Shown here in pieces: positions 42,001-54,230 of a DNA stretch of 64,000 bases. The stretch spans positions 62,558,001 to 62,622,000 of the forward strand of contig NC_058373.1 in NCBI RefSeq assembly GCF_018350175.1, written 5' to 3'. Source of the DNA: Felis catus (Eukaryota). Each line of letters opens with the position of its first letter. Within the stretch, counting starts at the first letter, position 1. A program made the position numbers and the translations under genes. The notes below the pieces were generated by a model. The model did no database searches. It saw nothing but the letters and a program-made list of their open reading frames with translations, and was not told where the DNA came from.

Positions 42001-45000
42001 CATGGGTTTGAGCCTGCATTAGGCTCTGCACTGACAGTGTGGAGCCTGCTTGGGATTCTCTCTCTCCCCCACCCTCTCTCTCTCTGCCCTCCCCCACTGA
42101 CTCTCTCCTTCTCTCTCTCTCTCTCCCCCCCCCCAAAAAATAAATAAATAAACTTTAAAAAATCACTGATACTTATTTTTAAACTAACTCAACCTTTAGA
42201 AAAATAGGAATTTGACCAAAGATGTTCTAAAAGAAGACCTCAGATGACCCATAGAATTGATATAGCAGCCAGCGTCCTGGCAGATAAAAGACCTTATTGA
42301 CCCCTCCCCATGGGCCAAAGGGAGGCTGGATAAAGCTGGATAAATGGCCAGGTTTATGTGCATAAGTGTGGACATGTACTTCTTTAAGGTGTTTTTTTTT
42401 TCCCTGCAGGTCTTTTTTTAGCACCTACCACATGCTGGGCACTGTTTTTGGTCTGGGTTAAATCCTGAAGGCATGAATATGACCCATTAGTCTTGGTCTC
42501 CCTCTTTATTTATTATTATTTTTTTAAGATTGTATTTTTTAAAGTAATCTCTATACTCAATGTGGGGCTCGAACTCACAATTCCAAGATGAGAGTTGCAT
42601 GCTCCACTGACTGAGCCAGCTCCCTGGTCACCCTCTTTACATCAAAGCCTGCCTTCCAAGGGTCGGTGGTGGGGGGGCAGCCAGGGGGCCTTTCCAGCTG
42701 CCCATGGCCTTAGAGCACTCACTGAGCACTGGGCTTTTCCTAGGAGCCAGGCACTTCCACTTGGAGTGTCTGGTTTTGTTTTGTTTTGTTTTTTCTTCAA
42801 GAAGGGAAGCACTTTGGAGCTGCTGGAGGAGAAAGGAAACACTCTCCCTGAACCAGTCTGCCAAAGCTCGTAAGCCTGCATCGTTCTTTAGCTGGCTTTG
42901 TTCAAGGGGGGATTCCAGCCTCTACCATTGGTTTGCTTCTACGGGGGTCTCCCTGGCCCCAGCCCCTTCTTTTACACCCCCCTTATCCCTACCCAAGGAC
43001 CTAAGATCAGCTGGTTCTAAATCTCATCTTTCTTGACAGTGCCCATCATTGTCAGTGTGGCAAAACTTGAAACCCTCCACATTCCAGACTCAACCCTCCC
43101 AAGAAGAAGAGCCAAACTCTTTTGAGAAAAAAAGATTTCTCCTGCCAGCTCCTGCTGCCCTCTGTTCCCAGGATACCTAGTGATAATACAAGTTAAACAT
43201 CCCAGGCCTTGCCTCCCCAGGCAGCTTTTATTCTTACCCCCTCAGTTCCATCGCTCTGACGAGGGTGAGAAGCTTCCTAGGCTGGCCTGCAACCCAAGTG
43301 ACTGGGGCAGGCAGGCAGGGGGATGGAAAGTGGTGACACAGGCTTCATCAAGAGGCCAAGGCTAAAGCAGCCATGGCCTGGCTGACAGGGCCCCAGACAC
43401 AGAGCCCCCACACGGAAGACTCATAAGAGATAAATGTACATGAGCATCAACAGCACCCCCAGGCCCACAGACACAGCCATATGGACATCCATGTGATCCC
43501 GCAGACAGGCCTAGACAGATGAGGGAGCAATTCATGCCACTAGGAAAATAAAAAGGTAATTAAAAAAAGAAACAGAGAATGAACTATTTCAAATTGCTCT
43601 GTAGTTAATGCATTAGTAAAGGACTGTGTGTGCTTACACACGTGCAGTTTCATTCACTGTGTATCTAACCCTAGAGTAGTCCTTAGCTCAGCAGGAACAT
43701 ATTTGTGTTTCTTGAATTGAACTGTGTCCCTTCACCTGCTTGGTGCCCAGGGTCTCTGGGCAAGTACAGAGAGAGGCCAGAGGTCCCAGGGAGTTGCTGA
43801 AGGAGAGCAAGTGGTTCCTGTGCCCAAGAATGATCCTCATGTGCAGGGAAAGTGATTAGACTAGATAGGGTTTATCCTTGGTAAAAGAAATATCCAAGGC
43901 AGCAAATGACTCTCCAGCCCCTTCTAGGGATGCTCCTGGTCCCAGGCCCCTGCCCTGCTGTGTCCTGCTCCTGTCATGTCCGTCCCTAGCTCCTTGGTCA
44001 GGCCATAGTCCCAGGTACCCCCCTGGTCCAGGGAACACATCCATCCTATTTCACCTCCTTGAAGAAAGCTCTGTGCCTTTCGGAGTGAAAGGTGGCTAAA
44101 TCTACCCAGGCTAATGTGTTGACAATAGAGGGAAGAGAACATTTTTCTCCACTTGTGGGGCCTCCTCTTTGCTCTGAGGTACAGAATGTACATTTTAACT
44201 GGTGCAGTGTAGACATATGTCCATCTCTGTTTTTTGCCCCCAAATAATACCTCTTATTTCAGTCCAGGCAAGAGAGAGACAGGCAGTAAGTATCATGTCA
44301 GGGGAGGAATTCTGAGGGTGGCAGACCAGGCAGGGCACAGAAATTGCGCCATATTGCTACCTGGCTGGGCTGTTCCCTCACACATATGGTGGAGGAAGGT
44401 GGAGGAGAGGCACCAAGATCTGGGTCCTCAGAGAGAAGGTGTTCCTCTTGTCCCACCGGCCTAGGGCTCCTTCAGGGATAGTACTGACCGCGGCCTGAGC
44501 CTTAGAGCCTGCCCACCCTAGCGCCTCCAGGGCCTGTCGGCGGCTGCCACACGCGGGCATTCAAGCCCACATGTGCGCAGCCGGCCATGCAGGGCAGACT
44601 GGAGACTGACGGTGATGTACAAAGACAGTCCTTGGCGTGGCGGCGAGTGTCTGCTCTCCCCAGGACACACACCTTGGGGATCCTCCTGTCTACCCTGCAC
44701 GCGCACCTTCGAGTACAGTGACATGCTGGAACCCAGACTGCGGGCTGCGGGCTTGGAGCTTACTGAGAAGATGCGGGGGCAGGGCCTAGACGGAGGGGCT
44801 CAGAGGGCTGGAGGGGCGGAGGAACCCCCCGGCCTTAGAGGTAAGGTAGGAACAGTGGGTGGGGCAGGTATTGGGCAATGAGGGCGACGGGGACTGACAG
44901 TAGGAGGTATCAGGGAGAGAGAAAATTGACCCGGCAGAATGAGGGCGTGGCCAGGGGGCCGGTAGCTCGGGGCGGTGGAAGGGGTTCTGGGAGGGGCTGG

Positions 45001-45210
45001 GGAATGAATGAGGGAGACATATGGCGGCTACAGGGATACCTGGGGCGGGGGTGCTGGGAAGGTCTGCGAGCCGGGTCTGCGGAGCTGTCCGCCCTACCTG
45101 TCCGGGGAGCTGCCGTCTGGGGCCAAGGGTTCCTCCTTGGGCTGCTGCTCCTCTTCCGGACCCGGGCCGGGAGCCGGACCGCTGCTGCTGCTGCCGCTAT
45201 CAGCGTCCAT
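33015..45210 (-). CDS. DISP2: Protein dispatched homolog 2 (RND/sterol-sensing-domain family), 8 coding exons, 1399 aa
   Basis: Exons 45098-45210 (MDADSGSSSSGPAPGPG), 39521-39850, 39222-39251 (30 nt), 38950-39073, 38571-38686 (GFEPRDTDIG), 38265-38392, 37807-37904, 33015-36275 (3261 nt, multiple TM segments, ends THTSGYSS*). Total 4200 nt, all GT-AG, in frame. Confidence 0.98.
36922..37148 (+). mobile_element. Young SINEC in DISP2 intron 7, inserted in a MIR-like element
   Basis: TSD aagagatttct; MIR-like sequence at ~37160-37340. Confidence 0.9.
41930..42162 (+). mobile_element. SINEC with TSD
   Basis: TSD aaatcactgatacttatt. Confidence 0.9.
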
Positions 45211-45620
45211 GCCCGTGGGCGGCGCCGCTGTCCGGGAGCTGGTGCTGAAGCGGCGGCGGTGGCGGGCTCCCGCGCATGCGTCAGCGCCAGGCGGACTGAT
45301 CGGTGGGCGGGGCCGACAAGAGCCCAGCCAATGGGCGCGGCACCGGGGGTGGGGACAGAGGCTTCTCCCCGCGCGGCTGCCTGGCGCTGGAGGCTTTGCA
45401 GTCTTTTAAGACCCCGGGACTGGTAGTGGTGGCCCCCTCTACCCAGGCCAAGTCTGAGAGCTGCTGTTAGAGGGGCCCAGCTGTCTGGCTGTAGTCTGCA
45501 CATTGGCCTTTCCCAGGGGGACATCGGTCTTCCCGTAAGGGACCAGGAAGCGCGACTTCAGGCACCGTGCAGAGAGCCTCACAACTTGACACGCACTCTT
45601 ACAGCCGGAAAGAGGGAGAA
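44480..45620 (-). promoter_or_regulatory. DISP2 CpG-island promoter with NRF1-like, GC box, CCAAT and split RE1 motifs
   Basis: CpG-rich; gcgcatgcg at 45272-45280; gggcgggg at ~45305; ccaat at ~45328; TTCAGCACC-N7-GGACAGCGGC (minus) at 45224-45249. Confidence 0.75.
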
Positions 45621-47033
45621 GCTTCCACACCCGCACTTCACTGTGCAGGAAGCCGAAGGATTGAGAGGTCTGGCGGTTTAAGTTCCACATTTCTCTCGGC
45701 TTTGCTCAGCAACCACCCCCTCCTCCTCAATGGGATTAGCACTATTCAAGTTGGGTCTTTCTTCACGTTTCTCTGGACCTGGACCTGGGTTTGCACCCCT
45801 CAGGCGTGGAGCCCGGCTTCTGTTATTCAAGTGCTGAGTGTGGGGTGTGGGAAGAGGGAGAAGAGAGAGAATTCGCAGCCCTTTTTCTTATAATCACCCC
45901 CTTTCCGGCCTGGAAGGTACTCAATAGCCACTCACTTTAGGACACTTGCTGCCTCTACCATCAGGGAATGACTGTCAGGGAGGGGAGGCATGATGGGCCT
46001 GGGACAGGCCTGGGTAGAGGGCTAGTAATAGATATGGGTGGTGTGAGAGGTCTGGGAGTTGGGGATTGGAGGGAGTCCCAGATGTGGGATTTGGATGGAC
46101 AGAAAGTGTTTCACAGCAAGCAGGCTGGCTGTATACGCAGGGAGGTGCCGTGGCTGAGGAATGGGCCTTGGGAGAGAGTCAGAACCTACCAGCATTTAGA
46201 ATATAGACGTCCCTAAGTTATGTGCAAATGCCACTCTATGCAAGGCGTAGGTCACTAGCAGATGGAGTGGGAGAACCTAGAGGTATATGTAGAAGTGGTG
46301 GGCCTGCCTTGAATAGCTTACAGTTTGGCTGGAGATATAAAAAGCCAGATCATAAGTTGGTGCTAAGTGGGTAGGGTGTGGTCAGGCCCATGTGATGGTG
46401 TAAGCTGCACAGAAGGGGACAGTGTACAACGAGGACCTCTCTCTTCCTAATGGGCTTTAGGGAAGGCTTCATGTTGATGCTGGAGTTTCACCTGGCTGAG
46501 AGGGAAGGTATTCTTGAACTGGGAGTGGGAAGGGGTGGTGGTGATGAGATAGGTAAAGTTAAGGAGGCTGGAGAGTTCAGAGAATGGTGAGAAATACATC
46601 TGGACAGTAAGGATCTGTTGAGGGCTTTTGATCTGTACAGTGAGACATCTAGATGGAACCTTGGAAGGTCCGTCAGGTCCAGGTCAGTGTATATGATGGG
46701 GTTAAAGGATGAGGACACAGTTGAGACTGTTTGATGGGAGAGGGCCAGAGTGAAAAGGAAAGGAGGGGTGGACTTATACAAGCATATGCTATGGGCACCA
46801 TGGGAGCCAAGCTTCTGAGAGTGCCTGGCTGGGTGCTCATTGGTATAACTAGAGGCCACCAGGCCACTTGGCTACCAAGTTGGATATGAAGGAAGACAGA
46901 CTCTTTAAGAGTAAAACATGGCTTCTGGGAGGCTGTTTATTAGAAAGAGGAGATTCTGGTTCAGGCTCCATGCCAGGTCAGCAGGGCAACCCACTCACAC
47001 TCCCCATTCTTGTATCCTCTTTCTTCTGCTTCC

Positions 47034-50000
47034 TTAGTGAGGTGGACCAGGTTGGGGCCCACAGGGCCCTGGGGGGTGGCTTCCCCCAGGAATGTGCCCT
47101 GGGTCATGGCCAGGGGGGTGCCCACAGGGCCCTGGGGGGTGGCTTCCCCCAGGACAGTGCCCTGGGCCATGGCCAGGGGGGTGCCCACAGGGCCCTGGGC
47201 AGTGGCTTCCCCCAGGACAGTGCCCAGGACCATGGCCAGGGGGGTGCCTTTCCCCACAACAGGGCCCAGGGCCATGGCCACCACCATGGCAGTGCCCCTG
47301 TGGAAAGCCAAATGAACAATGTTAGAATCAGAGGTCAGTGCCAGTCTTTCCCAAGATCAACTTCCCTCTTCCCCGCCCTTCCCTTCATCCTCTGTTGTAG
47401 AGAACTCTGGGTTCCTGGGCACTAGCAGGGGATCGTGGTGGAGGGCTGGAAGGCAGGGACCGCAAGGGATGACGCCAGAGCACTAAGCAGACAAAAGCGG
47501 AGGAACCTAGATTCAGTCGTTTCTATTCCTTGAGTCAAGATAGGACTCCCACTCCCTGGACCTTGGTTTCTTTCATCTGTATGTAAGAAGCAGAATTATC
47601 TCATCTTCTCCCTTCTCTCACCCAGGAACCCTTACGGAGTGATTAGAGATTTTGCCAGGCTAGGAACTGCAGGATGACTACTGACAAGTAAGGGTGGGGC
47701 TATAAAGGAGCTTACACTGAGGGCCAGGGACAAAGAGGCAACAAAAGGCAGGGTTAGGGGAGATGCAGGATTTGAGGAGGAAGACAAGGGTAGCTGTCTG
47801 GAGGGTGGGAGGGTGGGAGGAGACCAAAAGTGGGGGGTAGCAAAGTGAGGGTGTACTCGTTCTCTATGTAAGTACAGTGTGTGTGTGTCTATGTGTAGGT
47901 ACAATGGTGTGTTCTCCGTTTACGTGCAAATAGTTATATCTGTGTACATGTGCATGGGTGGGTACATACACATGCCTGCTGTGCACACAGATACGTGCAT
48001 ATGGGTGCATGTGCATGGTTGTGTGTGCATGACAGTGGGTGCGTGTGTGAGCCCATGCCTTCCCTGAGTAGGTGCCAGACTCAAGAGACCAGGAAGAATA
48101 AAAATAGTAAAATCAAGGCTTTATTGCCTCAGCCAGAAGAGGCCGGAAAGAGTGTGACTTAACTTTCTGTCTTTGCTGGAACCACTCCTGAGGCTCCAGG
48201 GCCAGAGGAGTTTCTTTGCCTCTTGCCACAGGCCCAGGGAAGAGAAGAGAGACACCAACCACCTTGCTTCTGGTGCTGGAGCACTGGGGGGCCTGGAGCC
48301 CTGAGGGGGTAGGGGTGGGGCTCTGCCCCTATCCCTAATCTGCTTCTTTCTCCGAGGCCCAAATAAAGGCTTGGCACGGGCGAGGAAGATGCAGGCTCCA
48401 GGGCCAGGGGCCTTCCTGTGACCATGTTAGAGCAGCCCCTTCCTCCTCCAGGCTCAGCGATGCCTGGAAACAGCCACTTCCCACCCCGCCTGCCTTCCCT
48501 TCTATGGCTCTCCTTGCAGTGGGGCCAGTTCCAGGCCTAGGAGCCCGGTCCGCTGGTGGTAGCCAGTGGAGGGTGGGGGGTGGGCAGCCTCTCTTCTCTG
48601 GCAGAGGCAGGTCATTGGGGCCCTGCAGTGTGGTTGGGGTTTGGGAGCAAGCCAGCCACCCAGGGAGGCTGTGGGGGTAGTCAGGAAAGCAGAGAAACAT
48701 GGAACAGGCGGGGAAGCAGCAGGAGAGAGGCTGAGATGGGGAGGGGATGTGAGGAAGCAGGAGAGACAGATGGGAAAACAGGAGAGGAGCCGAGGAGAAG
48801 GCTGCAGCCGGCAGGGGGTGGAGGAACACCGCAGTGCCCCTGCCTGCTTGCCAGCGGGGCTGATGGCCGAGCCTGCTCCCTACTCTTCATTTCAGGAAGG
48901 TCATGGTTGTCCCCTGAAGGTCTAGGAAGGGGGCTGGAGGTCTGGAGGACATAGCAGCGGGGAGGAGAAAGGGGAGACAGCTGGAGAGATTTCCTACCTT
49001 CGGACCTGTGGGAGAGGAAAGGAGAAAAAGCAGCGGCTTTGGTCATTTGGTTCTGCAGCGAGATACCTGTCCTTTCGCTGGTGCTGATTTTGTGGTCACC
49101 ACCCCCCAGCCCCCAAAAGGCTCCTCAGACTTGGTCGCTTGCCTGACCATCCCTCCTTCTCTCAACAGATACAGATATATTGAAAATCAGAACAAAGCAC
49201 AGTTGTGTGTCCCCATTTGCTCGAGAGCTGGCCGAGTCCTCCAGCGGATGGTGAAGTCAGGAAGTGTGTGTTCTTAGCCCCAGTCTGTCAGCTGTCTGCC
49301 CTCTCAACCCGGGCCAAATTCCACGACACTAAGGGAGGCACTCCACAGTGACAAATCCTGAATCTTCTGCTTCCACCTCCCGACAGGACCTACCTTGTCT
49401 CCCCATCCAGCCCCTCCCCCAAATCCTATTTTCCCCAACCGAGTCTCCACTCAGACCCTTGGTTGTCGGTGTATTCCTGCTTTGACCTTCTGGTCCCAGC
49501 TCTTAGCCTTTGCTCATGTCTCCTCCCACTTGGAAATCCTCCTTGCTTGATTTTCTGTGCCTTCCTGTGGGAAGTATGCTAATACTGGGCCATCCTGACC
49601 CTGCCCTGTATGCCCACTTTGGGTCCAGAGGGCTCATTCTGCAGTGACCAAACTGAGGGGTCCTGAGTGTTCTGAAGTGCTCCATTGGTGGGAATCATCT
49701 GCTCCATGAGATTTCTATTTCTTAGGGCCAGGATAGTCTTTTGTTCCTTTTGAGAAGAGCCAAGGGCACAGCTGCCATGAGCTGAGTTCTTGGCTCCAGA
49801 CCCTCCATATCTCCACAAACTCAGCCTGAGCATGATCCCTAATTTCCCTGGGCCTTGTGTATACAACGGGAAAAGCACCCGTCTGTTTTACCCCCGAGGT
49901 TCAAGATCTAGTGAGATGAAGGATGTAGGAGCATATTTCTTAAACTGTGAAGCATTCTACAAAATATAAGAAATTGTTTTCATTTTGGAACCCTCCACCA

Positions 50001-50118
50001 CTTTCATGCAAACACACATTCTTGGCATGCAGTAGATATGGTTGACTGATGGCCTCTGCCTTCACCACCCTCCTTCCTTCTTCACCCCACAGCCTCCCAG
50101 CCACTTACCTGACTCCAT
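47034..50118 (-). CDS. PHGR1: Proline/histidine/glycine-rich protein 1, 93 aa (MESGPK GHCHGGGHGPGPCC...PQPGPPH*)
   Basis: ATGGAGTCAG|gtaagt at 50109-50118; 8-nt microexon cag|GTCCGAAG|gtagga at 48998-49005; terminal exon 47034-47297 (87 aa + TAA). Syntenic position between DISP2 and CCDC9B; AATAAA (minus) at 46936-46941. Confidence 0.92.
47058..47246 (-). repeat. Coding tandem repeat, 3 x 63 bp, in PHGR1 terminal exon
   Basis: Unit HPPGH(G/D)PGH(C/I)PGGSH(C/P)PGPCG repeated three times. Confidence 0.95.
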
Positions 50119-50997
50119 CCTTACACAGCAAGCACAGGGAGTGACAAAAGGAACACCTGTGATTCAACAAGTCAAGTTTAGTTTGCTGTAATCCAAATCT
50201 CAGTCACTCCTTCTTCCCTCCCAGGAATGTATACATACAACCCTTTCAAAGGATAAAACTGTTCCCGCTGACTTAGCTTCGTACCCACTATGGAGTTGGG
50301 CACTGAGTAGGTGCCAGGCATTGGTATTGAATGGACCCAACGGGTTCAGTCACATGGTGGATAGACAGAGACATCAAAGTATCATGCACTGGTCCCTAAA
50401 CCCCACACCCTCACATGTGACCCCAGAACCACCCCCAGACTCACAATCCTGTATTAATTCGATTCTACTTGGTCGAGGTCAGTCATGTTATGTGTGTGTG
50501 ACTTCCACGTGTCAGGCCATGGTACCCAGTCCCTATAGATTCTTGTCCCTGTATAGACACCTGGCATAAAGGTGGGAGAGGGAGGCTTGATGAGAGCAGT
50601 GTAGTCCCAGAGAAGAGCAGGATGGGGTTGTAGGGGCCTCTGGGGGATTCAGCACAAGGGAATGGAAAGCCTTCCAGGGCCCTAGCTGCTTGTTTCTACC
50701 TCCTCCCATCAGGGTTGGAAGTTCGTGGGAGGCTTGGGGTCTGAGCCAGTTAGCCATTCTCCAGCAAGTGCACTCTCATTGGGTGGAGCTGCTGATGTGC
50801 CCTGGTGCCTGGCTTCATCTTGCTTGGGCACACAGGTCACAATGGACAACCCCAGACTGGACCCTGTGCACACACAATACATTCATTTTTTTTTCTGACC
50901 CACAAGTCAGACTATAGTATATGACAAAAGGACCAAATACCTAACACCAGGGCTCTCTGGTACTCGTATAGTTGGTGAACATGCAAACACAAATGTT

Positions 50998-51022
50998 CAC
51001 ACACACACACACACACACACAC
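50998..51022. repeat. (CA)n microsatellite
   Basis: About 12 CA units. Confidence 0.9.
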
Positions 51023-51284
51023 ATACATGCACCCCTAATTCAACAGCCCCAGCCCCTTGCACCTCTTGAGTCATCTGCTTTTGTTGGCTTCTACTTGTAC
51101 CACCAATGTTCAGCAGATGTCAGCCTCTGAGCTATGCCCAAGGTTGTTCCTTACCCTTGATCCTCCCCTTGGTGAGTAATGAGTCTGGCAGCGATTCATG
51201 AGGTTGGGGTTAGGGAAGGGAGTGGTAAGGACAACCTTAGGGCCAGTTAGGTTGGAAGAAGGAGAAAAGACAGGCCTTGGAGGA

Positions 51285-52110
51285 AACAAAACCAATCCTG
51301 TTAAAAAATGGGCAGCAGATCTGAATAGACATTTTTCCAAAGAAGACATACAGATGGTCAACGCATACGTGAAAAGGTGCCCAACGTCACTAATCATCAG
51401 GGAAATGCAACTCAAAACCACAATGAGCTATCACCTCACACCTGTCAGAAGGGCTATTACCAAAAAGATAAGAAATAACAAGTGTTGGCAAGAATGTGGA
51501 GAGAAGGAAACTGTCAGGTACTATTGGTGGGAATGTGAATTGGTGCAGCCAATGTGGAAAATAGTATGGAGGTTCCTCAAAAAATTAAAAATAGAATTAC
51601 CACAAGATCCAAAAATTGCACTTCTGGGTATTTATCCAAAGAAAATGAAGACACTAGCTGGGAAAGATATCTGCACCCCATGTTTGTAGCAGCATTATTT
51701 ACAGTAGCCAGACACGGAAGCACCCTAAGTGTCCATAGGTGGATAAAGAAAATGTACATGTGTAGTATTATATTATTCTTCCATAAAAAAGAAAGAAATG
51801 CTGCCATTTGCAACAGGTTGGATGGACCTTAAGGGCGTTATGCTAAGTGAAATAAGTCCGAGAAAGACAAATACCATACGATCTCACTGATACGTGGAAT
51901 CTAAAAAAAACAAAGGCCAAAACCAAAGCCAAAACCAAAAGTCCTCAAAAACCCCAGAGCTCATAGACACAGACAACTACCTGGTGGTTGGTGGCAGTCG
52001 GGTGGAGGGGGTGAGGGTGAGGGGAAGTGCAAAGTGGGTGCAGAGGGCCAAAAGGTACAAACTGTTGTACACCTGAAACTAATATAATGCTATGTCAATT
52101 AAACTTTGAT
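51285..52110 (+). mobile_element. L1 fragment (ORF2 C-terminus plus 3'UTR) in PHGR1 intron 1
   Basis: Translation [18 protein letters not shown]...[17 protein letters not shown]...NKCW is the L1 ORF2 C-terminal region. Confidence 0.92.
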
Positions 52111-52114
52111 TAGA

Positions 52115-52335
52115 GGGGCGCCTGGGTGGCTCAGTCGGTTAAGCGTCCGACTTCTGCTCAGGTCATGGTCTCGCGGTTTGTGAGTTGGAGCCCCGCGTCG
52201 GGCTCTGTGCTGACAGCTCAGAGCCTGGAGCCTACTTCAGATTCTGTGTCTCCCTCTCTCTGCCTCTCCCCAGCTCATGCTCTCTGTCTCTCAAAAATAA
52301 ATAAATGTTAAAAAAGAAAAGAAAAGAAAAGAAAC
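52115..52335 (+). mobile_element. SINEC
   Basis: Typical head, CT region and A tail. Confidence 0.9.
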
Positions 52336-52763
52336 TTCGATTAAGAAAAACAAGACAAGACTTGGACTTTCTCTCCCCGATTCAGGCCACGATGCTTGAA
52401 GGACAGGAGTTTGGTGTGTAAGTTCCTCTGAAAGGGAACAAATGCAATCCCTTCAGCCCTCAGTGAAACCCCTCTGCCTGGCATGACGGAGGCACAGGAG
52501 CTGGGCCTGCGGTGGCCGCAGGGCAGGTGGGCAGGCACGTAGGCAGATACACCGACACACAGCACATAGACCCACATTGTGCTCATGAGAGACACAGACC
52601 TACACACACAGATGGACGACACCCACGCAGACAGAAACAGAGGCACAGATACCAACTGAGTACACATGCACACATCCTCAGAAAAAGCACGGCCACATAG
52701 ACCCACAACACACTCTCACAGAGAGCCCCTCCTGTCCCCGGTCCACAGCCAGCAGATCCTTAC

Positions 52764-52830
52764 CTGAGAGCATAGAGCCAGGAGCGGGAGTAAGTCTGAG
52801 GCTCCGTCTAACCTCAGGTGTATTTGTATA
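52764..52830 (-). promoter_or_regulatory. Putative PHGR1 first exon (~52764-52797) and TATA-like box
   Basis: TATACAAATA (minus, 52821-52830) about 25-30 nt upstream of AGACTT...CTCTCAG|gtaagg donor at 52764; plausible acceptor for exon 2 at 50156. Confidence 0.65.
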
Positions 52831-53299
52831 GGGTGGGGAGGCTGGACGGGCCAGAGACACTGGGAGGATCAGAGGCAGAGTGTGTGGAGGAATGAGGGAG
52901 GATGGGCTAATCTTAATCTGGGCAAAGAGCAGGTGGAAGCAGGATGTGTGAGTGTGGGTGTGCGTGTGTAGGTGGGGGGCAGGTGGGGAGGACGGAAACT
53001 TTACCCCATCAGTCTGGTAAGGAGATGCCATAGAACCAAGGAAAGTCCCAAACCTTGGCAGCCCTTGGGCTCACAATGCTGGCCCGAACTGACACATGCT
53101 AACACTCCCGCCCTGACGCATGCTAACACTCCTGCCCCAGCTAGATGAAAGGGCTCGGTCAAGGAGAACAAGAACCACGTGGAATCGGAAGTATGCAAGA
53201 GGAAGCAGGAGTTAAAACAGCCACTGTTGCCAGGCCTTCCTGTAAAGGGCCTGGATGAACGGGCTGCACCTGAACTGCATTAAAGTCATTTTTTCAAAA

Positions 53300-53518
53300 A
53301 GTTTATTTACTTTGGGGGCGGGGAGGGGCAGAGAGAGAGAATCCTAAGCACGTTCCACAATGTCAGCGCGGACCCACAAACGGTGCGATCGTGACCTGGG
53401 CCGAAATCAAGAGTCAGATGCCTAATCGACTGAGCCACCCAGGCGCCCCTAAATTCACCTTTTGAAAAAAATTTTATTTCTTTATTTTGAAGAGAGAGAG
53501 TGAGAACGGGGGAGGGGG

Positions 53519-53549
<31 letters not shown>

Positions 53550-54230
53550 GAAGAATCCCAAGCAGGCTCTGTGCTACCAGCTCAGAGCCTCACACAGGGC
53601 TCCATCTCACGAACCGTGAGACCATGACCTGAGCTGAAATCGCTCAGCCGACTGAGCCATCTGGGCGCCCCATTAAAACTCATTTTTAAAAAGTAACATA
53701 CCAAAGGGAAATGCAAACAGGTCCTCACGAAGGATTATACTTGAATGTTCACGGCAGCTTTGTAGTAGCTAAAAACTGGGGATTTCTCAAATGTCTGTCA
53801 ATAGACTGAATGGCTGAACAGACCGTGGTGCCCGCAGTCAATGGAATACCACTCAGCAGTCAAAAGGGACGAACTGCTGATACACGCCAAAACACGCCTG
53901 CGTCTCAAAACCATTCCACTGAGTGCAGGACGTGGGACGTGAAGGATACACGGTGTGCAGTTCCGTCTAGAAAATTCTAAAATTTTGTAAAATTCTAGAT
54001 AATGTGAACTGATGACAGCAGATCAGTGGTTGCCTGGGGACAGTGTGGTGGGAACTGGGGGGAGGTTAGGAGAAGCATTAGAAGGGACACTCGGATACTT
54101 GGTTTTGATGGATATGTTCATTATCTTGATTGTGGTGATGGTTTCATGGAGTGTACATGGGGCACATAACAAATCGCACAGTTTGTGCAGTTTATGGTAC
54201 GTTGATTTGGTCTCTGTTAAAAGCTGTAAA
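53300..54230. mobile_element. Two minus-strand SINEs (~53300-53670) followed by an old L1 3'UTR fragment
   Basis: Reverse SINE heads; aatggaataccactcagcagtcaaaagg L1 motif. Confidence 0.75.

Noticed and set aside
46868-47425. Five ORF-track ORFs over the PHGR1 repeat; CRISPR-like or collagen-like appearance
   Set aside because: A GC-rich 63-bp tandem repeat is stop-poor in all frames; there are no unique spacers; the spliced minus-strand frame explains it.
51198-51689. 163-aa ORF
   Set aside because: Decayed L1 ORF2 C-terminal fragment, not a host gene.
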